DNA of 64,000 nt from an uncultured Candidatus Rokubacteria bacterium (GTDB lineage: Bacteria > Methylomirabilota > Methylomirabilia > Rokubacteriales > CSP1-6): positions 32,001-96,000 of the forward strand of contig CAWBMV010000037.1 in the NCBI GenBank assembly GCA_963789955.1, written 5' to 3'. The translations under genes and the position numbers were made by a program. Under the pieces are notes generated by a model. The model was given only the letters and a program-made list of their open reading frames with translations, was not told the origin of the DNA and ran no database searches. Of this stretch, positions 9,606 through 19,400 are shown in pieces. The first letter of the stretch is position 1; each line of letters starts with the position of its first letter.

Positions 9606-10043
9606 ATGGCGAAACGAAGCCTGCTTGTAGTCATGCTCGCGACCATCACGAGTCTGCCGATGACGGAGGCTGTCGCTGGTGATGTGAACGTTGGGGTCCA
9701 TATCGGCATCCCAGTACCGCCGCCACCGAGAATCGTATTGCCAGCCCCGCCACCCGTCGTCATCGTGCCTAACACGACGGTCTCGTACGCGCCCGGCGTG
9801 GACTTCAACCTCTTCGTCTATGGCGGCCGTTACTACACCGTCCACGACGGCGCGTGGTTTTACGCCCCCCGCCACAGCGGTCCCTGGGTCTTCATTCCAA
9901 CGGAGCGAGTGCCCCGGCCGGTCGTCGGCGTGCCCATGAAGTACTACAAGGTTCCACCCGGCCAGGCGATGAAGGCGGCTGCGCCACCGGCTGCGTCTGG
10001 AGGGTTCTGTCCTCCAGGGCAAGCAAAGAAAGGGCGGTGCTAG
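9606..10043 (+). CDS. Secreted Pro-rich protein ending in CPPGQAKKGRC
   Basis: AGGAGG RBS, signal peptide, VNVGVHIG-PPP, aromatic-rich core, PPGQAKK tail. Confidence 0.85.
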   Translation: MAKRSLLVVMLATITSLPMTEAVAGDVNVGVHIGIPVPPPPRIVLPAPPPVVIVPNTTVSYAPGVDFNLFVYGGRYYTVHDGAWFYAPRHSGPWVFIPTERVPRPVVGVPMKYYKVPPGQAMKAAAPPAASGGFCPPGQAKKGRC

Positions 10044-10137
10044 TTCAATGACGCGAGCCGCAACAGATCAGCATCGGCTTCTTCCGGTGTGATCCCACCG
10101 CCCAAACACCACCCCACACGAGCACGCCACCGCGAGC
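10040..10137 (-). pseudogene. Family B copy, 3' half only
   Basis: VACSCGVVFGRW / ITPEEADADLLRLASLN*; stop overlaps the convergent gene's stop at CTAG. Confidence 0.7.
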
Positions 10138-10203
10138 CCAGCGCGCCGCCGGCCATGTTGCCCGAGCACGGCCAGATGACGAACACGCTGACCGTCGCGC
10201 GCG

Positions 10204-10401
10204 TCACTTCTTGAGATCCTTGGCGGCGTCGTCGACGTTCTTGCCCGCCTTCTCGAGGGGGCCCTTGCCGATCGCCTTGTCCTGATCGGTGGCGCGATCG
10301 ATCTTCTCTCCCGTCTTTTGCATGGGCCCCTTCTCACACGCCGCCGAACCGATCGCCACCACGAATCCGAGCGCGGTCACTGTCAGGATCTGTCGTCTCA
10401 T
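10204..10401 (-). CDS. Small lipoprotein
   Basis: AAGGAG RBS, lipobox SAAC, internal repeat KGPMQKTGEKID / KGPLEKAGKNVD. Confidence 0.85.
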   Translation of the reverse strand: MRRQILTVTALGFVVAIGSAACEKGPMQKTGEKIDRATDQDKAIGKGPLEKAGKNVDDAAKDLKK

Positions 10402-10455
10402 CGTGCTCTCCTTTCTCCGGTCACGTTCAGCGATGATGCTCGGCCCCTTCGACCT

Positions 10456-10674
10456 TCACCGGCCCCTCATCCGCAGGATCACGACTCCGATCGCCAAGAG
10501 GCCAGCCGCCATGATCGCGAACGGAATGAAGCCCGGAAACTCTTCCCGGAGGAATGCCTCGATATTGCTCTCCCGACGGCGACGCCTTCGTGTGGGTCTC
10601 ACAAAGTGACCAGCGAGCAGGCCAGCCAGCATCGAGACACCTGCACCAAAGATACAGAGCCAGCCGATCCTCAA
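10456..10674 (-). CDS. Small two-TM membrane protein
   Basis: Two hydrophobic segments flanking an Arg-rich loop. Confidence 0.5.
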   Translation of the reverse strand: MRIGWLCIFGAGVSMLAGLLAGHFVRPTRRRRRRESNIEAFLREEFPGFIPFAIMAAGLLAIGVVILRMRGR

Positions 10675-10764
10675 CTCAGCGCTGCCTTTTTACTCCAACG
10701 GGATCTGTTTCATTGGGGCGATCATCGCTCCGCCAGCAGGCTCGACATCCGCCGCGCGCCCCAT

Positions 10765-10957
10765 CCCTGGAATGACCAGGTCGAGCAGAATGAGGGTCAA
10801 CCGCTCCCCGCAGCAGGATGTCGAGCGCCTCGACAGCGGAATACGCCGATACTACGTCGTAGGCGTGCCCGTGCTGGAAGCGGGCGAAGAACTCCTGTAC
10901 CACCCCGACTACGTTTGGCTCATCATCAACGATTAGGACCCGCTTCGAGAACTCCAT
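10765..10957 (-). pseudogene. Response-regulator receiver domain fragment
   Basis: RVLIVDDEP...AVEALDIL, then frameshifted LILLDLVIPG; C-terminal half absent. Confidence 0.75.
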
Positions 10958-11202
10958 TCGGCGACTCCCGTGCGTACGTGGCTTCGACAAACGCCAGATT
11001 CACCGAAGTCCTCGACGCCCGGAGGCGCCAACGGGTGAGGCCGGGGTGCAGGCACGCGGAAGGTAGCACGAATGACCGGAACGGATAGGAGCGCCGATGG
11101 CTGGAGCCGACTCTGCGTGTCTCCTATTCGAGAACCAAAGTTCCTGGTATCGGGCAAGCTTTCCGGAAATGGGGGACGTGCGCTCGGCGAAGGCCCGGGT
11201 GA

Positions 11203-12738
11203 CTACTGGCTGCGGGGATTGAGGAGCCAGTCGATCACCGCGCGCGAATCGTCCCGCTCTGCTGACGGAGCCCGCGCCGGCGCGCTGCTGGGCGCTGACG
11301 GTGTTTGCGGCTGCTCCCGCCGCTCGGCTCTCGGCGTGACGGGCGCAATCGCCTGAGCCAGCGCAGGCGGCGCTGGCCTCGTGGGTGACGTCACCGCCGG
11401 CGAGGGAGCCGCGGCGGCCGGCGCAGGTGGCGCGACGGCTGGCGCAGGTGGCGTGACGCGGGCCGCGGATGTCGGACGGCTCTCAGAAGTCGTCATCAAC
11501 GGCGGACGGGCGCTCCCCAGTGCTCGCTCGACCGGGGGCGCCGACAGCGCGGGCGTGCCAGGCTTTGGCACCGGTACCTCGCTCGTCTCCCAAGCCCTGA
11601 CGCTCGGCGGCAGATCGTTCGCAGGCCCGCGTCCCATGTCATGCGGCGTGGCGACCGCCGGCGCGAGCGGCCTTCGTGTCGCCGCCGGCGGCGGAGCCGA
11701 AGGCGGATTCGCCGGAAGAGGCTCGACCGTCGGGAGTGCGGTCGGTTGCGCCGGCAACGAACCGGCGGATGGTCCAAGCGCCAGCACGCCCCATATCACG
11801 GCTACGACGGCCAACGTCGCGAGCACCGCGCCCCCCCCGATAAGGACGGCCCGCGTTTTACGCGGGGCTGGGCCGTGTGCGCCGGTCCTCAGCAGCTTGA
11901 AAATGTCTCCCATCAACGGCCGCGCTTCGGGTTGTTTGTAAAGCGCGAGCGTGACGGCGCGCGACACCGAGGCGGGCACGCCGTCGCGCCGGCCGTGAAT
12001 CGGGACCGGCGCGTCCTTCAAATGCTTCGCGAAGATCGCGGCGCGTGTCGAGCCCTGGAATGGGGGAACCCCGCTCAGCAGCTCATACAGGATGACGCCA
12101 AACCCATAGATGTCGGTCTTCTCGGTGAGGGGGGCCTTCTGGATCTGTTCCGGCGACAGGTACTCCGCCGGCGGATCGGCGTCGATGAGCCCCTCGAGCT
12201 CGCGCGCGTCGCGCAGGCCCGCCAGCTCGATATCCAGCAACTTGACGCGACCGTCCTCGAGCATCACGACATTGCGAGGGCTGACGGCGCCGTGGACGAA
12301 TCCCGTGTTGTGCAGGGTCTCCACGGCTCCGCCGAGCTCGAGCGCTATTCGCAACGCGGCATGGACATCGAGCGGCGCACGGTTGGACATCGTTTGGCTG
12401 AGCCGACGTCCCTCGACGAACTCGGTCACCGTGAACGGCTGGCCGGTGTCGAGCTCGCCGAACTCCAGCACCCGGGCCATCGCGGCATGCGACGCCGAAG
12501 CCGCAATGCGAAGGCCTTGCGCCGTCTGCGGGGTGCGCGCGAAGTTACGCGGCAGGAAGCGGATCGCAACACGATGGCCGGTCGCCTCGTCCTCGCCGAG
12601 GCAGACGGTCCCGAAGGCACCGGCACCGATCTCGCTGACGACGCGGTACCGGCCACGTACGCGCAAGCCGCTCGCGAACCACTCCCCGCGCTGGGCGGGC
12701 GGGATCGCCGCAGGACCCGTTTGGGCTTCTTTACTCAT
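11203..12738 (-). CDS. Membrane-anchored Hanks-type Ser/Thr kinase-like protein (probable pseudokinase)
   Basis: GAGAFG, YLSPEQ, DIYGFGVILYELLSG retained; VAIR, HGA, DIE replace VAIK, HRD, DFG; TM helix and Pro/Ala-rich tail. Confidence 0.88.
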   Translation of the reverse strand: MSKEAQTGPAAIPPAQRGEWFASGLRVRGRYRVVSEIGAGAFGTVCLGEDEATGHRVAIRFLPRNFARTPQTAQGLRIAASASHAAMARVLEFGELDTGQPFTVTEFVEGRRLSQTMSNRAPLDVHAALRIALELGGAVETLHNTGFVHGAVSPRNVVMLEDGRVKLLDIELAGLRDARELEGLIDADPPAEYLSPEQIQKAPLTEKTDIYGFGVILYELLSGVPPFQGSTRAAIFAKHLKDAPVPIHGRRDGVPASVSRAVTLALYKQPEARPLMGDIFKLLRTGAHGPAPRKTRAVLIGGGAVLATLAVVAVIWGVLALGPSAGSLPAQPTALPTVEPLPANPPSAPPPAATRRPLAPAVATPHDMGRGPANDLPPSVRAWETSEVPVPKPGTPALSAPPVERALGSARPPLMTTSESRPTSAARVTPPAPAVAPPAPAAAAPSPAVTSPTRPAPPALAQAIAPVTPRAERREQPQTPSAPSSAPARAPSAERDDSRAVIDWLLNPRSQ

Positions 12739-12926
12739 GGGAACCAACCCCCGCGACAACGTAGACGCTATCCATAGTCACAGTTGGAGTTAGGCGTCAA
12801 GTTTCGCTGGAGTCTCCGGGAGCGTGGTCGAACGAGTGCGATACTCGGCCCTTCATGACCCCCCCGCGGCACAAAGGGGTGGCGCCGCGCCCACCCCGAG
12901 ACCCGGAAGCCGAAACGCGTAACCTT

Positions 12927-12958
12927 TACTGAGTAATTCCTCTACTGAGTAATTCCTC
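12927..12958 (+). repeat. Perfect 16-bp tandem duplication TACTGAGTAATTCCTC x2
   Basis: Read directly at 12927-12942 and 12943-12958. Confidence 0.95.
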
Positions 12959-13497
12959 GCGGGCCCGGAGCCTTTCGGTGGCCGTATCTCTACGAAAAGT
13001 CGTCGTGCTGGACCGGCACGCCATTTGAAGTAGCTGCGTCTCATGATCCATGCGGTGACCTTCTTCATCGTGCCAACGGTTGGCGCGATCGCATTTGGGT
13101 GGTTTTGGCGACACCAGCGGGCACGAGTCCGGTCGCGGGTACGGCGAAAGGATGCGCGAAACGTCGCGCGACCTCCCCTAGAACGTGCGCGCGACGAAAA
13201 CTGGCGGGCCTTTTAGCAAGCCTAGGGCGGCAAAACGGCCGAAGCGCGCTCCCAGCGTGAAGTACGCTCTTCCGGTTCGAATTGACGCTACCGCGATTCG
13301 CGAGCACACTCAGGCCACGCCGAGGCGCCGTGCGTCACCGTGTCTCGGTTTATCGCTGTTCGATGACGACGCACTCGCGGCAGGCATCGCGCTCGGCGAC
13401 CGTTAGGAGGGCGAGGGCTGGGTACTACCGAAAGCCGCGCGGCGCCTCCATCGCCTCATCAGCTGAGCGAATGAGTAGAACAACGGGAGGACTGTCG

Positions 13498-13719
13498 ATG
13501 GCCACGAAAGTGAGCATTCGTCCCAATGGTCCTTATCTGGTAGAAGGCGACGTCGAACTCATAGACGTCAACGGCAACAAGGTCGACACGACCGGCCGAG
13601 GGCCGCGCGTCGCGCTGTGTCGCTGCGGGGGGTCAGTAACTAAACCGTTCTGTGACGGTACTCACAGCAAAATCGGCTTCCAGGCTGCAGAGGCAGCTGT
13701 CTCGCAGGAGAAGAAGTAG
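13498..13719 (+). CDS. CDGSH iron-sulfur domain protein
   Basis: GGAGG RBS; NGPYLV...ALCRCGGSVTKPFCDGTH. Confidence 0.95.
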   Translation: MATKVSIRPNGPYLVEGDVELIDVNGNKVDTTGRGPRVALCRCGGSVTKPFCDGTHSKIGFQAAEAAVSQEKK

Positions 13720-13855
13720 AGCACTCGAAATTTCAGTCAGCCAGCAGCATGACGCGGTCTCCGCTCTGTCGGGTGTCAAGATATTCCGGCCGAGTCAAAT
13801 ACTCATCCGCCACTAAGTTTCGATAGCCGCTAACGGCCGAGCTACGCAGCCGCTT

Positions 13856-14161
13856 TCAGCCTGGCAGCTTTTTCTGAAACGTTCGTTCGACGATTTGTCT
13901 CAGACCAGACGTGAATTGACTGCCGAGCAGCCGCCCCAACATCGGGATATCCCCTGTCGCATGGAGTACTTGGGCATCGACCGACATCTCAAGCCAAAAC
14001 CCAACTCCATCCAGCTTCACGCGACTGCGATCGGCTGCCCATTCGGCGCGCCGAACCATCGAGCCGAACCGACTGCTGACCTCAGTGACAGCGAGCTCAA
14101 GGCGCCGGCGGGCCTCTTCTAAACTCTGACCGTGCTGGAGCGTAAGGTCGATTAGCGGCAT
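13856..14161 (-). CDS. Polyhydroxyalkanoic-acid-system family protein (PHA_gran_rgn-like)
   Basis: MPLIDLTLQHGQSLEEARRRL... ~100 aa pattern typical of the family. Confidence 0.7.
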   Translation of the reverse strand: MPLIDLTLQHGQSLEEARRRLELAVTEVSSRFGSMVRRAEWAADRSRVKLDGVGFWLEMSVDAQVLHATGDIPMLGRLLGSQFTSGLRQIVERTFQKKLPG

Positions 14162-14684
14162 GTTGTTCGGGCTCAACGATACCCTTCAACGTCTACCTTT
14201 ACATGACGCCATGTTCTGAGTGGACAGACGTCTTGCCCAGCCGTTCACCAACGGCCAGCCGAAGTCTAGTCTCGCCCCACGGTCCCGACCTTCACCGGCC
14301 CAGACTTCGGAGGGCGGCATGCAGTGTCCCCGAAGCAGCCTGAGACCGTCAAGGAGGGCTACCGTCCCTCTCGGTAAGGCGGCGCGCCATCAGGCCGAGG
14401 CCGATGAGGGCATGAACCCGAATCCCGTCGCCCCACCGAAAGGCGCTCCAACGGCCAGCGCGCATCAGCGCCTGAGACGGCAGGCCGAAGGGCAGCAGTG
14501 AGACGACGCCGGCGGGACCCGCTCACTGAGAACAGCGAGAAGAACAGTGGATCGGTAGCCCCGGGCCCAGCAAAACAGGTCGGAGCAGGTCGGAGAGAGG
14601 ATTCCTATCTTCGGCGCGGACACCGTTGAGATCAACACGGGAACAACGTGGGCGGAGTGACTGGCACTTGCAATCCGGAGGGGC

Positions 14685-14975
14685 GTGATGGCTGAGACGG
14701 CGTCGGCGTTCAGCAGAGAGGATGAGGGACTGCACAACGGTGGGAACGGTGCGACCGCTCCGGGCCGACGCCTGCTGAGACGACCAACGACGGCTGAGAC
14801 AGAACGGATCGCGCGCGGCTGCCCCCCCGAAGGTCTCTCGATCCCGGTGATCGTCGACGCGATTCGACAAGAAACCGGCTGCTCGAGGGCGACCGCGTAC
14901 CGAGCCATCGCGGACGCTTTAGCCGACGGCACCCTTGTCCAGAGAACGAAGGCGCGTGAGACACCTGCTGGCTGA
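14685..14975 (+). CDS. Small putative helix-turn-helix protein
   Basis: GGAGG RBS; IVDAIRQETGCSRATAYRAIADAL is HTH-like. Confidence 0.55.
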   Translation: MMAETASAFSREDEGLHNGGNGATAPGRRLLRRPTTAETERIARGCPPEGLSIPVIVDAIRQETGCSRATAYRAIADALADGTLVQRTKARETPAG

Positions 14976-15003
14976 GAACAACCAGGAACAGCGAAATGCG
15001 GTG

Positions 15004-15850
15004 TTGAACAAGCCCCAAGTCCTGATCAGTCCGCGCTGCGCCTGCGGATCCGGGAGCCCGCCCACGCGAGGCCACGATGTCGTCGGTATCATTCGTCCGA
15101 CACCCACGCGAACCGTCAGACCTCAAAGCTTCGCGCGCCGCTCCAACATCTGTCGAAGCCCGCGAGGTCGACGCGAGGAGAACCCCGTGAAGCACACCCG
15201 CGAACGGCGCTCCGCTGGTCGAGACGCTATCTTTTGCCTTGACCCGCTCTCTCGACTCTACTACGCCGCAGACCGTCTCGCTCGCTGGCGCCGAGCGTCT
15301 GCCCGCAGGACGTGACGCAGCCCCAGACATCGCCGGTCGCACGTGATGGCGGTCGGCGGCATGAACGCGCTGCACGCGGTCACGTCGAGCGGGCGGCCCT
15401 CCGGCGCCGTCTCAAGGAGGCTCAGCTGCACCTCAGTGCCGCGGATCGGACACCAGATTTTGCGATGCACCTTCCGCACGCTGAGGGCGCCGAGAAACAG
15501 CAGCACTGCGATGGCGGCGATCCAAAGGCTCATGATCGTGATCATGACTTTCCGCCTCCACAGCGGGGCGCTGCATGGATGGTGCCGAGACCCGGCGGCC
15601 GCCCTTTGGGCGGCAGGACGCGCTGTCGATACACGGGCTTTGGGGCCAAGCGTCCGTTGCTCGGCGCGGCGTCCATGAGGCTGACGGCTGGGGCATTGTC
15701 GTCGCGGGTGAGACAGCGGTGCCCCGGCGGACCTCGGACGGGCGTGTCCTCTGCCGCGTGGCGTGGCGTCACCCAGCGCCCGAACACCACGCCACACGGG
15801 CATGTCGCGGTGAGCAGGTAACGATTTCACGCCGGCTCCGTGGCGTCGGC
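15004..15850 (+). repeat. 847-bp direct repeat, copy 2
   Basis: Near-identical to 1816-2662. Confidence 0.97.
15261..15545 (-). CDS. Small membrane-anchored Cys-rich protein, copy 2
   Basis: Same protein as 2073-2357. Confidence 0.7.
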   Translation of the reverse strand: MITIMSLWIAAIAVLLFLGALSVRKVHRKIWCPIRGTEVQLSLLETAPEGRPLDVTACSAFMPPTAITCDRRCLGLRHVLRADARRQRARRSAA

Positions 15851-16078
15851 AGCTACGTCGGTACCATCGTAAACGGGGTACCGATTGGCGGTTATCGTCG
15901 CGTCGCCACCGTGCCACTTGCCGTTGGAGAGAACGAGGTCGTGGCTGGCGGCCCGAGGTCGCCCTTCCGGTTTCGCGTGGTCGTGTCGGTGCGGGAGTTA
16001 AGCTCCACCGGAGCACGGAAGACATCCAGACGACTCGGTCGTTACGCGGGGCACGTATAGGGCCCACGACCGCTCATC

Positions 16079-16240
16079 TCAGCTCAGCGACGCCATCCGG
16101 AGCAGATCCAGCTCGGCATCCTCAGGCGTGACCCACCCCCCAACACCACCCCACGGACACGCCACGGTGAGCAAGTAACCATTCCACGCGGGCTGGGTGG
16201 CGTCGGCGGTCAGAGGCCGTGAGGGCGATGGTCAACGCAT
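16079..16240 (-). pseudogene. Family B copy, degraded
   Basis: DHRPHG / LTADATQPAWNGYLLTVACP / GVVLGGWVTPEDAELDLLRMASLS* with indels. Confidence 0.75.
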
Positions 16241-16403
16241 GATACTCCTCGCGCTCAGCGAGCAGGATCACGACGGGAAGGTGTGCTCTCGAAGAAGCGG
16301 AAGAAGTATTGGTTGGGGCTGACCGGGAAGACGAAGCGTTACGACTACCCCTGAGGATTCGTCGAACTCAGTCGGTTCGCCGTCTCTTTGCTGTGCGGCA
16401 CTG

Positions 16404-19400
16404 TCACTTAGCGAGGTCGGGCACCCGGACGTTCGCGCGGAGCGCGGCGGAGAGCTCAGGGTCGCGCACGCCGCGCTTCAAGTCGTCCAGGATCGCCTGC
16501 GCGGCCTCCACCGACGTGAAGGCGGAGTCCGCGTCGCCGCTCGCGCGCGCCAGCTTCGCGCGGGCGACGTGCGTCTTCCAGATCTGCGTTGGGAACTTGA
16601 TCGACTCCGCAACTGCGAGAGCAATGCGTAGCGCCGAGTCCGCCTCTCGCCACTGGCGACTTGCGATCGCGATTTCGCCCAGCACGCGGTTCGCCTTGGC
16701 CACGTACTTTTGCGCACGAGTCTTGACGGCCGCTGCGAGGCATCGCTCCGCCTGGGCGCGCGCCTCGTCCCACGCTCCTCGGGCGACCGCATGGTCAGCG
16801 AGGCTCGCGTACCAATGGAGCGAATAGCGCCACCGCATCCAGCCGCTGTTCGCTGGATCCTCGATGAGTCCCTGGACACTCTCCAGGAGCTCAAGGGCGA
16901 GGGCGAGGTCACCGCGCTGCAGCAGGATGTCCGCCAGGTTCAGCTCGGCATTCGCGATCATCTCGTGGTCCCCTCGCTTGCGCGCCTGCTCCGCGGCGAG
17001 ACGGTTGAGCTCGTACGCGCGGTCCAGCGCGCCGCACTCCATGTAGAGCCAGCCGAGAGAGTTCAACGATCGCGGCGTGTAGTTCTCGTCGCCCACCTTT
17101 GTGGCGAGCGCGAGCCCATCCTGGAGGATCGCGAGGGCGGCATCGTAGTCGCCCTTGCCCGTGAGGTTGACGCCTGCCATGAAGTGTCCTTCCAGCGCCG
17201 GCATCAACACGCCATGCGCGCGGGCGAGGCGGATGCCCTGATCGTAGAGCCGCGCGGCTTGCTCGTGCTTGCCTTCCCAGGCGTCGAGCTCTGCGCCGAA
17301 CACGAGCGCCGTTGCTTCGTTGGCGACGTCGCCCACGGGACGGCTGATCGCGATGACCCGATCGAAGCCGGGGCGCGCCTCGTCGAGACGGCCCGTGATC
17401 TCGTGGACGAGCGCCGTGGTGAGGTGACCGCCGGCGAGCACGGTGGGCTCGCCCGTCGTCTCACCGAGCGCGATCGCGCGGGCGCTGTCGTCGAGGGCCT
17501 GCGCGAATCGATGCGCCCAAAACGACGCGAGCGCCATGCCGACGACGGCGCTGCCTTCGGCGACGCGGTCGCCGGCTTCCCGCGCAATTTGCGAGGCCCG
17601 TTCCGCGTCTGCGCGCGCCCGGTCGAAGTCGCTGACGAGATTGTAGAGTTCCCCGCGGGCACGATGCATGGCGATGCGAGTGGCCGCGGGTACCTCCGGG
17701 CCGAGGTGCGCCATGGCCTCCTCCGCCTGGCCATAGAGCGCGATCGCCTCGCGGGTCGCGAAGTTCGCCGCGGCTTTCTCCGCGGCTTTGAGGCGGTAGG
17801 TCACGGCCTTCGGCCACTCTTCCGCCTGACCGAAGTGGCGCGCGAGCACCTCGACGTGATCCCCGAGGCGGTCGGCGTAGAGCGTCTCGATCGCCACGCC
17901 GATCGCACCATGGAGGTGTTTGCGCTGACTCAGCAGCAGTGAACCGTATGCGACCTCGTGCGTCAGCGCGTGACGAAAGAGATAGGTCACGTCGGGATCG
18001 ATGCTCTTCTGGTGGATCAGCTCGAGACGCAGCAGCTCGCGTACCGATGGCTCGGTCGGCGTTCCAGGCTCGACGAGGCGATCGAGTAAGCGACGGCCGA
18101 ACTCGCGTCCGATCACCGAAGCCGTCTGGAGAACCCGCTTCGGCCCGTCGGCCAGCCGGTCGATGCGGGCGGTGATGATGCCCTGAACGGTCTCCGGCAC
18201 GACGGTCGCCCCTTCCTGATGCGACTTCACGATCTCCTCGACGAAAAGCGGGTTGCCGTCAGCGCGACGAGCGATGGCGTCGCGAAGCGTCGATGGCACA
18301 TCGCCGGTCACGAGAACGCCGCGCGCGACGCTCAGGCTCTCCGCGTCCGACAGCGCGCCGAGGGCGATGCGAGTGAAGTACGAGCGTTCGCCGAACGGAT
18401 GGACATATCCCGTGCGATGCGTGAGCACGTGCAGGGTCCGGCTCGCCGGTACACTGTCGATTATCGCGGCCAGCCACTCCTCGCTCGCGCCGTCCATCCA
18501 GTGGATGTCTTCGTAGACGATGACCCGCGGCTCGGACTCGGCGGCGCGGCGGAAGTATCGGCGCAGCGCCTGGAAGAGCTCGGCACGTCGCTCCTGCGGA
18601 TCCATCTGCGTGACCGCCGCATCGCCGGGCGTGACGCCCAGTAGATGCTGCACGAATGGAAGACCCGCGCGGAGGTCGTCACCGAACGGCTGGAAGGCCC
18701 GGTCGATCTTCATCGCGACGGCGTCCTCCCGATCACCGTCGTCGATATCGAACTCGCGATGAAGCAGGTCGATGACCGGATGGAACGCCATCGAGCGTCC
18801 GAAGGAGACACAGCGGCCCTCGGACCACCCGGCCTGCTCGCGCGCTCGCTGGCGCAGCTCCTCCACGAGGCGCGATTTCCCGATGCCGGGCTCGCCGACG
18901 ATGAAGACGACCTGACCGTTGCCGGCGCACGCGCGCTGGAAGCACTCCTCGAGTTGTGAGAGCTCCCGCTGGCGGCCGACGAGCGGCGTGAGGCCGCGCT
19001 CACGCCCCACGTCGAGCCGACCGCGCGCCGGGCGTGCCACCACGACCTGCCAGGCCTTGACGAGCTCGCTCTTGCCCTTGAGCTGCAAGCCGGCAATCGG
19101 CTGCGCCTCGCAGTACCCCGCGACCAGCCGATGAACGGGCTCGGCGATCAGGATCTGGCCCGGCGCCGCCGACTGCTGGAGCCGTGCCGCGACATTGGTC
19201 GTGTCGCCGACGGCGGTGTAGTCCATGCGGAGATCGCTGCCGATGCTACCGACGACCACGAGCCCCGTGTTGAGCCCTTGCCGCACGTCGAAGGTGATGC
19301 CACGTTCCCGGCGTAGCTTCTCGCGATAGTCCGTGAGCGCGGTGCGGATGCCCGCCGCCGCGTACACCGCGCGCCGCGCGTGGTCTTCGTGGGCGACCGG

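Noticed and set aside
1028..16240. Classical integron or diversity-generating retroelement
   Set aside because: No IntI-like gene, no recognisable attC sites, no reverse transcriptase, and differences between the duplicated copies are not adenine-specific
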